From positions 30,613 to 94,612 of the IMG/VR virus record IMGVR_UViG_3300036985_002287: 64,000 nucleotides of DNA; one strand, written 5' to 3'. The position numbers and the translations under genes are program-made. The notes below the pieces were generated by a model that saw only the letters and a program-made list of their open reading frames with translations, made no database searches and was not told the origin of the DNA. Origin of the DNA: a virus. Its lineage: Duplodnaviria; Heunggongvirae; Uroviricota; Caudoviricetes. This document shows positions 53,368 through 63,303 of the stretch, in pieces; position 1 is the stretch's first letter, and each line of letters opens with the position of its first letter.

Positions 53368-56316
53368 TCAGCAGTTGCTGAAGTCAAACAACGTTTCCAG
53401 GTGTGCATGTTCTTTGTTGGTTCTGCTAAGATCCCATTTAAGCACACCTAATAAATTTTCGACCTTCTTATCGACAATGCCTGCCATCATATCGTCACTG
53501 TCGAATGGCAAACTTAAGAACCATTCCGGTAAATGTGTTTCGTCTACAGGATATGCAATACTAGACAATCTATTTTCGGTTGTTTCTTTTAACTTACAAA
53601 CAATAATCTTTTGGCCGTCGACGATACGCATTGCATGTTGGTCTTGATTAATTTCCTTTAACTTGTTCCATGCAAGACTAGCAGATACATGACCCGGTAC
53701 ATGCAAGTTTCCGGATTCTATACCCTTCAACTTTTTAACACCGGCATCTTCTATCTTTTCTCTATAATGCGTTAATCTATTAACTGCGCGAGGAGTGCCT
53801 TGCTGCCATGGTTTCATGCTTTCGAATGTTTCCTTGAATAGCTTAATCTTTTCTATGACAGCATTCTCGCCCTTACCAGTCAATGTATCCATCAATATTT
53901 CTGATAAGAATTTTTGAACAAACTTAGGTGTATCAGCTCTCTTCAGATCCAGTCCCATTGCCTTTACCTTACCTACTTTGCCACTAGCATCAAGTCGAAT
54001 TCCGTCCTTATCATACATAAGACAAGCATAACGTTTCTTAACAATCCATAATCCTGTTTCGGACACTGTTTCACGAGAACTAGCAATTACACCAGTGGAT
54101 CGCTTAATGGGCACATTTAGTCGTCCTAATAAGAACTCCGGGAATGTTGCAGATACTGCTTTGGCTAAGGAATTGTACAAATCTACAATGCTTTCCTTTG
54201 TCCACTCTATCTCACCCCTGTCAATCTCTTCTTTAAGAATAGGATATGCGGAGAAATAACACGAGTCAGTATCGCCATATACGATGCACTTACCATAATG
54301 ATCATATTCATTTGTTATCATCTCATTAGTCTTAGCAGCCATATGTTTAGTAATTGTTCTGCCAGTTAATGTAGTAGATTGTCCGAGGCGTTGATCAAAG
54401 AATCTGCTTCCAGCATTTAACAAAGCGCCGTATGCGGAGTTCAGGTTAATTTTCTTAACTAACTGCCTCTTGTCCCAGAAACCAATGATAGATTTCAGTG
54501 ACTTCTGGTCACGATGAATTGCTTTACCATCTTTTACCATTAAGTTATGTTGGTTCATATATTGAACAACACGCTTCTTATGACCTTCGGAAATAATTTC
54601 TTTCAGTTTCTTTGGTCTATATGCTTCGGAATCCAGGAAAGGATCTGCCTTTGATTCTACATCACTTATGTCATCGTTCGTAAACAAATCTGCAGAAACC
54701 TTTACGCCGTCGATCTTAGCATTATCTTCTATATCCTGATAATTTACCATGAGACCCTGAAGTATCTTACGCTCGTTATACCAACGAGTTAATAGACTAG
54801 GAATAACACCGTCTGTATCAGTTTTGAATATTGTGCCATTTGCGCTAATGCACCAAGGCTGTCCACTCTCAAATATTAAGTCATGAAGTTCTTTACCTGT
54901 CACTTCAAATTCGGAACCATCTTCCATATCTAATATCATAGATGTGCCGATATCTTGATTATAGAAATCTTCCATCTCTAACACATTAAATCTGTCGTTC
55001 CACCAAGATGCAAATGTATATTTTGCGCCTTTCTTTTCCCAGTCAGCAATTGCCTGATTAGTACGATCCAATCTAATCTGCCCGATAATCATTTCAGGGC
55101 TCATATTAAGAGTTCTAATAACAGATGGATACAGAGACTTCATGTCGGTAGAAGCGATCCATCTATGCAAACCCTTCTTAGGTGTTGCTACCCACCCGCC
55201 TGCTGCTCTAGTTTCTCTATCTTCGCCATGCTTCTTATCCGGGCACACCATATTACGGTTGTGCGCTTCTATAAGAATGTTTTGATCAGTAACTGCCACA
55301 ACACCCATAATTGTCTGAATTAACACACAACTCGAATGTGCAATAGAATTAGCCAAATCAATAAACTGTAATTTTCTATCAAGCTGATCCAGCAGTCGTG
55401 TATCTTGTATGTTATACTCTAAAAACTTCTTAAAATCGTCATTGTATAATTCATCTAGAGTACCTTCATATTGTACTTTAGTTTCGCCTAGTTCAATTTC
55501 TGCAATTGCATTAAGCGCATAACTATGCCGTTCTTCATAGTTGAACTTCTTATAAATTTGCATATAGTCGATAGATATTCTGCCGATCAGATCGTATGTA
55601 AATGCTTCTTTTCCGCCTCTGTCGTATTTTCTTTCTTTAGGCATTTGTTCCCAGAGACATAGCTTTCGGGCCGCTTGTTTTCCTAATACTTTCTTTATAC
55701 GATTAACTACATACGGAATATCATATACTTCCGAATTCCATCCAGATAATACATCGGCATCTTCTACAATGTCCATGAAGGCATTTAACATCTCGCCTTC
55801 ATCTTTGAATAATACAGTATTACCTACCTGATTAGCAATTTCATTTGCTTCTTCCCAGGTATGTGTATCTGGTGGAATAGCCAAACAAATAATTTCATCC
55901 TGCCACTGTAAGTGTACTGATATAGCTGTTATGTAATTATCTGCATCGGCTGGATCAGACCAACCACGTTCTTTATCGAAACTAGTTTCTATATCGAAAA
56001 ATGCTACATTTAATTTAGGTGCTTCGCCACTGTGATAATTATGTTCGAGACATCGAAAGACAGGATCTACGTCAGATTCCCAACTCTTGACATTACTGGA
56101 TAATGTTTTAACAAGTTTTTGTTTTTCGCCAAATGAGCGCGGCGTTACTTTTTTGACTGCGTCGCCAAAAATACTTTTGTGTGAACCACGCGGATCAGTG
56201 ACAAAGAAATGGAAATCAGGTTGGTACTCTTTATAAACACGAGCCCCGTTTATTCTTTCTACTATCCTGATTGTTTCTTCTTCGCCCGATCTCTTGAAGG
56301 AGGCATCAATATACAC
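53368..56316 (-). CDS. family B DNA polymerase
   Basis: 982 aa; exonuclease motifs, KINLNSAYGALLN (motif B K..NS.YG) and YGDTDS (motif C). Confidence 0.9.
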   Translation of the reverse strand: MYIDASFKRSGEEETIRIVERINGARVYKEYQPDFHFFVTDPRGSHKSIFGDAVKKVTPRSFGEKQKLVKTLSSNVKSWESDVDPVFRCLEHNYHSGEAPKLNVAFFDIETSFDKERGWSDPADADNYITAISVHLQWQDEIICLAIPPDTHTWEEANEIANQVGNTVLFKDEGEMLNAFMDIVEDADVLSGWNSEVYDIPYVVNRIKKVLGKQAARKLCLWEQMPKERKYDRGGKEAFTYDLIGRISIDYMQIYKKFNYEERHSYALNAIAEIELGETKVQYEGTLDELYNDDFKKFLEYNIQDTRLLDQLDRKLQFIDLANSIAHSSCVLIQTIMGVVAVTDQNILIEAHNRNMVCPDKKHGEDRETRAAGGWVATPKKGLHRWIASTDMKSLYPSVIRTLNMSPEMIIGQIRLDRTNQAIADWEKKGAKYTFASWWNDRFNVLEMEDFYNQDIGTSMILDMEDGSEFEVTGKELHDLIFESGQPWCISANGTIFKTDTDGVIPSLLTRWYNERKILQGLMVNYQDIEDNAKIDGVKVSADLFTNDDISDVESKADPFLDSEAYRPKKLKEIISEGHKKRVVQYMNQHNLMVKDGKAIHRDQKSLKSIIGFWDKRQLVKKINLNSAYGALLNAGSRFFDQRLGQSTTLTGRTITKHMAAKTNEMITNEYDHYGKCIVYGDTDSCYFSAYPILKEEIDRGEIEWTKESIVDLYNSLAKAVSATFPEFLLGRLNVPIKRSTGVIASSRETVSETGLWIVKKRYACLMYDKDGIRLDASGKVGKVKAMGLDLKRADTPKFVQKFLSEILMDTLTGKGENAVIEKIKLFKETFESMKPWQQGTPRAVNRLTHYREKIEDAGVKKLKGIESGNLHVPGHVSASLAWNKLKEINQDQHAMRIVDGQKIIVCKLKETTENRLSSIAYPVDETHLPEWFLSLPFDSDDMMAGIVDKKVENLLGVLKWDLSRTNKEHAHLETLFDFSNC

Positions 56317-56568
56317 TTAACCTAAGCCTCCGGCTTTATACAGTTCTTCTAGCTCGTCGAATGCTTCGCGCTGATCATTCATAGTGCCTTTTTGTACAGC
56401 CTTTATCAACTTGTTTAGTTGTGCAGGTTTTACTTCTAACTCTTCTGCTATTGCTTTAACAGTGTCGCTTAAACCTTCCTTCAAGTCCTCACATTCTTGT
56501 AATACTTGAACTCCGTCTGCAACCAATTGTTTCAATCGTGCAATATTTTCTGGTGATAGTTTCGCCAT
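56317..56568 (-). CDS. hypothetical protein
   Basis: 83-aa ORF immediately after polB. Confidence 0.4.
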   Translation of the reverse strand: MAKLSPENIARLKQLVADGVQVLQECEDLKEGLSDTVKAIAEELEVKPAQLNKLIKAVQKGTMNDQREAFDELEELYKAGGLG

Positions 56569-56645
56569 GTTACTCCTTGAATCTTAGTGTTTTACTTAGC
56601 ATTTAAGCTAGTGTAACACCGATCTTTACGAAAGTATAGAGTTTC

Positions 56646-57054
56646 TTAGTTGCAGGCGCATCGGGCAACTTCCTTGCCACGATAATCAGCAATTGCTGCC
56701 TTCACTGCATCCTCTGCAAGAATTGAGCAATGTATCTTAACCGGAGGTAGTGCCAATTCTTCTGCAATTTGCGAATTCTTAATAGTTGCTGCTTCGTCTA
56801 GTGTCTTACCTTTTACCCATTCGGTAACTAAAGAACTCGACGCAATAGCTGACCCGCAACCATATGTCTTAAATTTTGCATCTTCGATGATGCCTGTAGC
56901 GGGATTTACTTTTATTTGGAGTTTCATTACATCTCCGTTAACCGCACGCTGGGGCGCCGACAATGCCGGTTCCAACGTGCGTATTCTCCTTATCTAAATT
57001 CCCGACATTACGGGGGTTTTCATAGTGGTCAATCACTTGTTTACTATAGGACAT
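56646..57054 (-). pseudogene. iscU: IscU Fe-S cluster scaffold homologue disrupted by a 7-nt insertion (frameshift plus in-frame TAA)
   Basis: Frame A (57054..56938) = MSYSKQVIDHYENPRNVGNLDKENTHVGTGIVGAPACG*; frame B (ORF 56646..56975) continues ...DVMKLQIKVN...FKTYGCGSAIASSSLVTEWVKGK...LPPVKIHCSILAEDAVKAAIADY. Together these are collinear with E. coli IscU except for 7 extra nt (gTTAACg, a HpaI site) at the ACG|DVM junction. Confidence 0.75.
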
Positions 57055-57628
57055 TTTTAGTTCTCCTTCTCTCATGAGCAAGTTTCATGGATATAGATCT
57101 CTTGAGACGTGTTTCTTCGGAGACCTCCTTACCTCTGTTTCCTGCTTGAATCTTTAATTTAGTTTCCGCGGAATGTTGTTTACCTAACATGGGGCCGGGT
57201 TTACCATATCCGTGATGTTTTTCTCCAGAAAACTGTTTTAATTTTGTTTTTTGTTCTTCAGACATAATCCTGCCAAAACAAACATTCTTCTCCCCGAGCA
57301 TAGATTCGCTTTTCTTACGTTTTTCTTCTTCTGTCCAGGCTCTTCCACCCTTAGAATGGCCTATCTTACCCACATTACCTTCGCCGCCATCGGATTTATT
57401 CTGTAATATGCCTGTATTAATATCTTTTCTTCCCCACCACGCAATCATCCTGCGTTCTATCGCCCAGGCACCTATCTCGGATAATTTAGATTCAAGAATC
57501 ACAATTTTCGACTTATCGTTAGGTCTGTTTATGTTTGTGTGCTTTTCCCAGGCTCTCCTGTTTTTACCTTTCCCTATGTAGTAAGGTTTACCGGAGTTAC
57601 CTATATATGCATATACATAGAACATCAT
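57044..57628 (-). CDS. GIY-YIG homing endonuclease with NUMOD3 DNA-binding repeats
   Basis: N-terminal YVYAYIGNSGKPYYIGKGKNRR (GIY-YIG) and repeated S(E/A)E(Q/T)K.K(L/I) NUMOD3-like motifs. Confidence 0.8.
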   Translation of the reverse strand: MMFYVYAYIGNSGKPYYIGKGKNRRAWEKHTNINRPNDKSKIVILESKLSEIGAWAIERRMIAWWGRKDINTGILQNKSDGGEGNVGKIGHSKGGRAWTEEEKRKKSESMLGEKNVCFGRIMSEEQKTKLKQFSGEKHHGYGKPGPMLGKQHSAETKLKIQAGNRGKEVSEETRLKRSISMKLAHERRRTKNVL

Positions 57629-58761
57629 ACACGTCCAAATGCGTTGCCGGTAAGTGCTTCATTTGAGCCTTTATATTGGTGTGGATCGTATCCATGTATA
57701 GGAGAAAAGAGTCCTTTGCGTTCGTTTTCGTCTGCCCTCGGTTGGCCAAAACGATGCATCTGATCCGGCATTACTCTATCTAACCAAGAGACCACGAATG
57801 GACGGATATCTCGATTAGGCTCGGTGTCCTCTAGTGTTCTTATTTGATCATTCAACTCGTCATCATCTATAATTTCTATTAGGTAGATAGATGCTACTGC
57901 TGCTGGAATAGGATTTTCCATTATTCGCTTAACTACTTCGAAATCATCGTCTGTCAACGGTAACTTGTTCACTGATTCATTGACTCTACCTACTGGTCTG
58001 AAATCGTATTTGTCTGGATTTTTATCTTCTCTGCCTAAGAATACGGCGGTGTTACTGGCCTTCCCTGGCGTTTTATATATGTGGCCGGGAACCCTTTTGT
58101 TCGTAGATTTATCGTATATTTCGTAATATTTAACATCTCCGGCAGTAGCATTGTTAGTAATATTAGGTGTAGGAATCTTAGATAACTCCTTAGCCCGGTC
58201 GATATAAGCTGCCTTCATGATTCCCCGTAATCCACTTGCTTCGAGTTGTCTGATTCTTTCTCTGGTGACACCCATTTGTTCCGCAATTTCCTGGTATGTC
58301 ATTTCACCAAATACTCTCATCTTAATTACTTCGGCAATTCTGTCGGGTAGCATTGACATATACTTTTTAATAACCTGATCTCGGGTCATTGGGCTAAGTT
58401 CTTCTTCATATCCGTCGTCAGGTACTGAACTTAGTGGTTCAGCATTATCTGCCGGGTCAGGTCTTAAAGTGGGCATCTGCTCTCCACGATAGGTAGCGCC
58501 ATCCGGATTATATAGACTCATCTGTTGTTTAGGATTTGCTTCAGTTATAGCAATTTCTTTTATTGCTGCTTTGAATTCATCATAGTCTGTCTTCAAATGT
58601 GCTTTTAAGAATTCTTTTCCAGACTTAGATGTTTTAGGATCACATATCTTATCTACATATCCGGTCATGCGCTTTTGCAAGGCATCGATCTTTTTGATTT
58701 TTTGAGGCGATAGACTCTTGTCGGAAGTGCCTTTAGGTAATAGGATTTCTAAAATTCTCAT
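57625..58761 (-). CDS. sigma-70 region-4-like domain protein (putative phage transcription factor)
   Basis: Internal segment LPDRIAEVIKMRVFGEMTYQEIAEQMGVTRERIRQLEASGL matches sigma-70 region 4 HTH; long non-sigma C-terminal extension. Confidence 0.55.
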   Translation of the reverse strand: MRILEILLPKGTSDKSLSPQKIKKIDALQKRMTGYVDKICDPKTSKSGKEFLKAHLKTDYDEFKAAIKEIAITEANPKQQMSLYNPDGATYRGEQMPTLRPDPADNAEPLSSVPDDGYEEELSPMTRDQVIKKYMSMLPDRIAEVIKMRVFGEMTYQEIAEQMGVTRERIRQLEASGLRGIMKAAYIDRAKELSKIPTPNITNNATAGDVKYYEIYDKSTNKRVPGHIYKTPGKASNTAVFLGREDKNPDKYDFRPVGRVNESVNKLPLTDDDFEVVKRIMENPIPAAVASIYLIEIIDDDELNDQIRTLEDTEPNRDIRPFVVSWLDRVMPDQMHRFGQPRADENERKGLFSPIHGYDPHQYKGSNEALTGNAFGRV

Positions 58762-58795
58762 ATTGTATTTATCTTATTTATTGCGTAGTCAAAAG

Positions 58796-58818
58796 AAAAG
58801 GGGCACGAGCCCCTTTTC
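58796..58818 (-). terminator. rho-independent terminator (aaaaGGGGCacgaGCCCCtttt)
   Basis: 5-bp GC stem with A and T runs, downstream of the 58833..59198 stop. Confidence 0.6.
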
Positions 58819-58832
58819 AGACATTATCAATA

Positions 58833-59198
58833 TTAGATATTGAATTCTGTAGCAATAGACTTAGGAACTAAGTCGATACTATATTCCTTAGCTTTTCCAA
58901 TGATTGTAGGAAGAGCGAAAATAGCACCTGGCACGGCCACAAGTGCTGCGAATGAAGTTGCCTTCATTAATTCTTTAGCATTTGTATTGGCAGCAGCAAG
59001 TTCTTTTGGAGTTGCATCACCCAACATAGCTTTCTGATAGACACGTGTCATCTCTTGAGCATTGGTAACTTCTGTAGTAATAACAGATTGTACTTTTTCA
59101 AATACAACTTTTGCTGCCTGAGGTGTCTTAGGGATAGATTCAAACATGTCTGTCATAGACTTGATGAAGGCTTGTGGGGTTTTGATAGATGTGAACAT
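58833..59198 (-). CDS. hypothetical protein
   Basis: 121-aa ORF. Confidence 0.45.
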   Translation of the reverse strand: MFTSIKTPQAFIKSMTDMFESIPKTPQAAKVVFEKVQSVITTEVTNAQEMTRVYQKAMLGDATPKELAAANTNAKELMKATSFAALVAVPGAIFALPTIIGKAKEYSIDLVPKSIATEFNI

Positions 59199-59321
59199 TT
59201 TTAATTTCCTTATAAAGTGCCATAATTGGCCACTATTGCAATTTACTGCCTCACCATGAGCACAGTTCTTGTAGTGTAACAGTATTTATGTGCGGTCGCA
59301 ACAATTCTGTATAATATCGGT

Positions 59322-59555
59322 TTATAATGTCGGTTTTGGCTCTGTTGATTCTTTAATCTTAACACCAGCACTGCCCGCGCCTAAGAGTGATCCGTATGCT
59401 AGGCCGAAATTTACCATATCAAAAGCACCGCTCTTGTATATTTGGAATCCTGAAAATCCTAAGAAACAAACTACACCAACGATCCATAACCATCTTGCCG
59501 GATCATGCGTCTCGCCGTCCGGGCCTGTGAGTAAATCTTTAATCATTCTATTCAT
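59322..59555 (-). CDS. small membrane protein
   Basis: 77 aa, two hydrophobic helices. Confidence 0.4.
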   Translation of the reverse strand: MNRMIKDLLTGPDGETHDPARWLWIVGVVCFLGFSGFQIYKSGAFDMVNFGLAYGSLLGAGSAGVKIKESTEPKPTL

Positions 59556-59567
59556 TTTTACCTCCTA

Positions 59568-60533
59568 TTATTGCGGAACCTGATAAGAGTATATAATATG
59601 GCACAAACCGCTGCCCGAAGATCCTGCAACAGTTGCTATAACTTGCTCGGAGGCCCCTATTGTGAAGAATATATCGGCCTCATATATACCTGCAGTTTGT
59701 AAATCATTCTCCGTTGTTAACATAAATGCATCTATACCATCTGTAACAGATCCTACGCAAAGTGTAGCTGTAGTGTCGGGTACATCTACTAATACCTTGA
59801 CTGATAGAAGTGTCGAATTCGTAGGAATAAAGGTTCCTATCACAGTTGTGCCATCGACATTTAATGGTACTTCTGTCTGTAAAGATTTCACGGCCCCTGC
59901 TGCTGCGCCTGTTGTTATCGCATTATCTACATAAAATTTATTTGTTAAATCGTTTTCTGCAAGGCCTGTTGCATAGTCAACTGCTGTAGGCCCTATAATA
60001 GACAATTTATTAGTAATTCCTGCCGGCAATGATAGATATAGTGAGCCGAGTATAGAGGTTAATGTTAGTGTAGTATTACCCACTACTTCTAAGGATTCCG
60101 CAGCAGCCGATTCTAATATACCGCCGCCAGTTGTGCCTATTATAACCGACCCATTTCCATTCGGTATGAGTGTTATACTATAATTAGGTGCAATAGATGA
60201 TAGTGTTACACCTAGAGTATCTGTTGCAAGCCTGGCGCCATTTAGCCCGCCTATGAATAATGTACCATTTAGTCCATCCGGTATAAATGCTAATGCAGGA
60301 TCGGTTTGTAAAGGTAGCGTACCTTTGCCAAAAAGAATTTGGTTAGGTTCGAAATAATCGTTTCCAGTACCTCCCGACGGTACATCAAGTATAGTCGTAT
60401 TGCTATTTTGTTCGGCATTAATAAATGCCTTTCTTACCGAATCATATACAAGTGTTTGTCCTTGTTGTATATTCTTTATGAAGAATGTCGGTACATACTG
60501 ATTTAGTAAGGTGTTTTGTCCTACAATTGACAT
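59568..60533 (-). CDS. hypothetical Gly/Thr-rich protein, possibly structural (fibre-like)
   Basis: 321 aa, Gly/Thr/Ser/Asn-rich with beta-rich repeats. Confidence 0.4.
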   Translation of the reverse strand: MSIVGQNTLLNQYVPTFFIKNIQQGQTLVYDSVRKAFINAEQNSNTTILDVPSGGTGNDYFEPNQILFGKGTLPLQTDPALAFIPDGLNGTLFIGGLNGARLATDTLGVTLSSIAPNYSITLIPNGNGSVIIGTTGGGILESAAAESLEVVGNTTLTLTSILGSLYLSLPAGITNKLSIIGPTAVDYATGLAENDLTNKFYVDNAITTGAAAGAVKSLQTEVPLNVDGTTVIGTFIPTNSTLLSVKVLVDVPDTTATLCVGSVTDGIDAFMLTTENDLQTAGIYEADIFFTIGASEQVIATVAGSSGSGLCHIIYSYQVPQ

Positions 60534-60545
60534 CGATATTATCCT

Positions 60546-61040
60546 TTATAAACTCAACAGAACACAATCAATTTGTCCATATTGCCATGTACTCCATTGT
60601 GGATTGACAACTACAGGTTGTAAATAATCGCGAGTTAATACTGCTCTCAGAAATACAAAATTTCCAATAAATGTGACTGCCATAGACCCGGTATCTCCAC
60701 CATTATTTCCTGTAGGTGCATAAGGGTCGAGTGGATATGGAATGAAGGGGGTATTAACGTCACCGTTTGGATTTAACTTAATCCAAAACCAATCTTCAGG
60801 TTGCGGATTTATGGCAAGAGTTCCTTGTATGCCAAATCCACCTACAAGATTTTGATATATTACTTGAACTGTGCATACTCCGTTGTCGTACCCGTAATAG
60901 GCATTTCCGCGAATAGGTTCCCCGATAACATTCCAATTTGTGCCTGTATTAGATAGCATCATTATACTTTTTCTGATAGCCATTCTTGTTCCTTCTTGTT
61001 CTCTATTATTTATCATAAGTAGACAAGAATTATAACCCAT
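60546..61040 (-). CDS. hypothetical protein, possibly structural
   Basis: 164-aa ORF, Gly/Asn/Pro-rich. Confidence 0.4.
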   Translation of the reverse strand: MGYNSCLLMINNREQEGTRMAIRKSIMMLSNTGTNWNVIGEPIRGNAYYGYDNGVCTVQVIYQNLVGGFGIQGTLAINPQPEDWFWIKLNPNGDVNTPFIPYPLDPYAPTGNNGGDTGSMAVTFIGNFVFLRAVLTRDYLQPVVVNPQWSTWQYGQIDCVLLSL

Positions 61041-61067
61041 AAAAAAGCCGCCTACTGGCGGCTTTCT
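61041..61067 (-). terminator. rho-independent terminator (aaaaaaGCCGCCtactGGCGGCtttct)
   Basis: 6-bp GC stem with flanking A/T runs, downstream of the Clp ATPase stop. Confidence 0.6.
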
Positions 61068-61079
61068 ATATTAGCTTAT

Positions 61080-63296
61080 TTAATTTAATATTTCTTCTAA
61101 GATAGGAGATATAACGTCAATACTCAATGCATCTCCTACAATGTCATAATCGACGTTTGCTCTACCGCCATTTCTTAATTTTCCGAATAAGATTTCTTTA
61201 GACAGTGGCTTTTTAACTTTCTCTTCAAACAACCGTTCAAATGGTCGCGCACCCATCTTAGGATCATATCCATTCTTAGCTAACCAGTCACGTGCTTGTT
61301 GAGTAACATTTATGCTAATATTCTTAGGAGAAAGCATTACGTCAAGCTTCTCTACCTCGGCGTTAACAATTAAGTTCATGCCAGACATAGTTAATTTATT
61401 AAATGTCACTATACCATCTAATCTATTTCTAAATTCCGGAGTAAAGAAGCGTTTAACTTCTGCTTCTACTGCATTACTATTGTCCTGATTGCCAAATCCG
61501 ATTTTTAATTTTTCAGTTTCGGCGGCACCCAGATTAGCCGACATAATAATTATCACATTTGAAAAATCAATTGTCTTACCTTTAGACGAAGTAAGCCGGC
61601 CGGCATCCATAACTTGTAATAATACACTAAGAACGTCCGGATTAGCCTTCTCAATTTCATCTAACAGTAATACACAGTTAGGATGTGTATCAATCGTCTG
61701 GATTAGTTGTCCCTCACCCATCTTACCTTCGCCGTGTCCTACATACCCGGGAGGCGCACCAATAAATTTAGATACAGTATGCTTTTCCATATACTCGGAC
61801 ATATCAAATCTAGCAAAATGTACACCCAATGTTTCGGCAAGTTTACTAGCCGTATAAGTCTTACCAGTTCCTGTAGGGCCAGTAAACAAGAAACTACCGA
61901 TGGGCTTAGATGGATTTCGTAATCCTGCCTTAGACATAAAAATAGCTTCGACTAATTTATCAATTGCTTCATCTTGTTCATATACCTTGTCCTTCATACG
62001 CGGAGCAAGATTCTCGAGTGAAGTATTCTCTTTCATATCAATCATATCAACAGGCATATGTGCAATCTTTGCCGCCTGCTGCACAATAGTATCGATAGTA
62101 ACGACTGTCTGATCCATCAGTTTAGTTATCGCGCCAGCTGAATCCATAATATCGATTGCTTTGTCAGGGAAGAACTTCGACTTCAGATATCGGTCAGCTA
62201 AATCCACGCACATATCTGTGGCACCTTCCTCGAAAGTAACACCATGGAATTTTTCGTATTGATAAGCAATACCTTTAAGAATTAATTTAGTCTCTATTGC
62301 GGACGGTTGTTCAATATCATATTTTTGGAAGCGACGAAGCAATGCTTTGTCCTTCTCGAAGTGTTGATGGAACTCGTCGTATGTGGTCGCACCTACACAA
62401 GTTAATTGTCCTTTGGCAAGCATAGGTTTCAACAAATTGCCTGCATCCATTTGACCACCACCTGCGGCGCCCGCACCTAAGATCATATGAATTTCATCAA
62501 TGAACATAATGCAGTTGCCCATTTTCTTAACTTGCTCTAAAACACCTTTAAGACGTTCTTCAAAGTCTCCACGGAATTTTGTGCCAGCAATCAGTGCGCC
62601 AACATCTAAACTATATACTACTTTGTTCTGTAATGCTTTAGGCACTTCTTTATTAACAATTTTTAATGCAAGTCCTTCAGCAAGTGCTGTCTTTCCAACA
62701 CCGGGTTCGCCCACGTAAACTACGTTATTCTTTCTGCGTCTAGCAAGAATTTCGATAGTATCCATAACTTCTTTTTCTCTACCGATTACAGGATCGATAG
62801 ATCCGTCAGTAGCTTCCTTATTCAGATTACGTGCATATTGATCTAAGAAAGTCTCATTAGGTCCTTGCTTTTCTTCCGACTTACGCAGTTGTCCCATAAT
62901 CTTTTCTCTGGTAACACCGTGTTTACCTAAGTAATAGAATGCATGACTAGTTTCTTCACTAAGGATACTCAGTAGAATACCTTCGTTAGTCAATTCTCTG
63001 CGACCCGAAAATATTACTTGAGTTAATGCACGTTGAAACGTGCGATTTAATACTGATGTACGCTTTGCCGGCACATCTTTGAGTGCATCAGGTTTCTTTA
63101 GTGCAGGATCACCCAAAAATTGGACAGTTTCGACCTTAATCTTAGCCGGTTGTCCGCCTACTGCAAGTATAAGTTCGTTAACTTCTTTCTCATGCAACAG
63201 AGATAATAGCATATGTTCTAAGGTTACATATTCGTGATTATTGTCATTAGCGAGAGTCACTGCTCTCTCGATCATCTTTTCTACTTTTTTAGTCAT
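61080..63296 (-). CDS. ClpA/ClpC-type AAA+ chaperone ATPase (two nucleotide-binding domains)
   Basis: Clp N-domain-like start, NBD1 Walker [19 protein letters not shown]2 Walker [16 protein letters not shown], sensor/arginine-finger regions; 738 aa. Confidence 0.85.
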   Translation of the reverse strand: MTKKVEKMIERAVTLANDNNHEYVTLEHMLLSLLHEKEVNELILAVGGQPAKIKVETVQFLGDPALKKPDALKDVPAKRTSVLNRTFQRALTQVIFSGRRELTNEGILLSILSEETSHAFYYLGKHGVTREKIMGQLRKSEEKQGPNETFLDQYARNLNKEATDGSIDPVIGREKEVMDTIEILARRRKNNVVYVGEPGVGKTALAEGLALKIVNKEVPKALQNKVVYSLDVGALIAGTKFRGDFEERLKGVLEQVKKMGNCIMFIDEIHMILGAGAAGGGQMDAGNLLKPMLAKGQLTCVGATTYDEFHQHFEKDKALLRRFQKYDIEQPSAIETKLILKGIAYQYEKFHGVTFEEGATDMCVDLADRYLKSKFFPDKAIDIMDSAGAITKLMDQTVVTIDTIVQQAAKIAHMPVDMIDMKENTSLENLAPRMKDKVYEQDEAIDKLVEAIFMSKAGLRNPSKPIGSFLFTGPTGTGKTYTASKLAETLGVHFARFDMSEYMEKHTVSKFIGAPPGYVGHGEGKMGEGQLIQTIDTHPNCVLLLDEIEKANPDVLSVLLQVMDAGRLTSSKGKTIDFSNVIIIMSANLGAAETEKLKIGFGNQDNSNAVEAEVKRFFTPEFRNRLDGIVTFNKLTMSGMNLIVNAEVEKLDVMLSPKNISINVTQQARDWLAKNGYDPKMGARPFERLFEEKVKKPLSKEILFGKLRNGGRANVDYDIVGDALSIDVISPILEEILN

Positions 63297-63303
63297 GTTT
63301 ACC

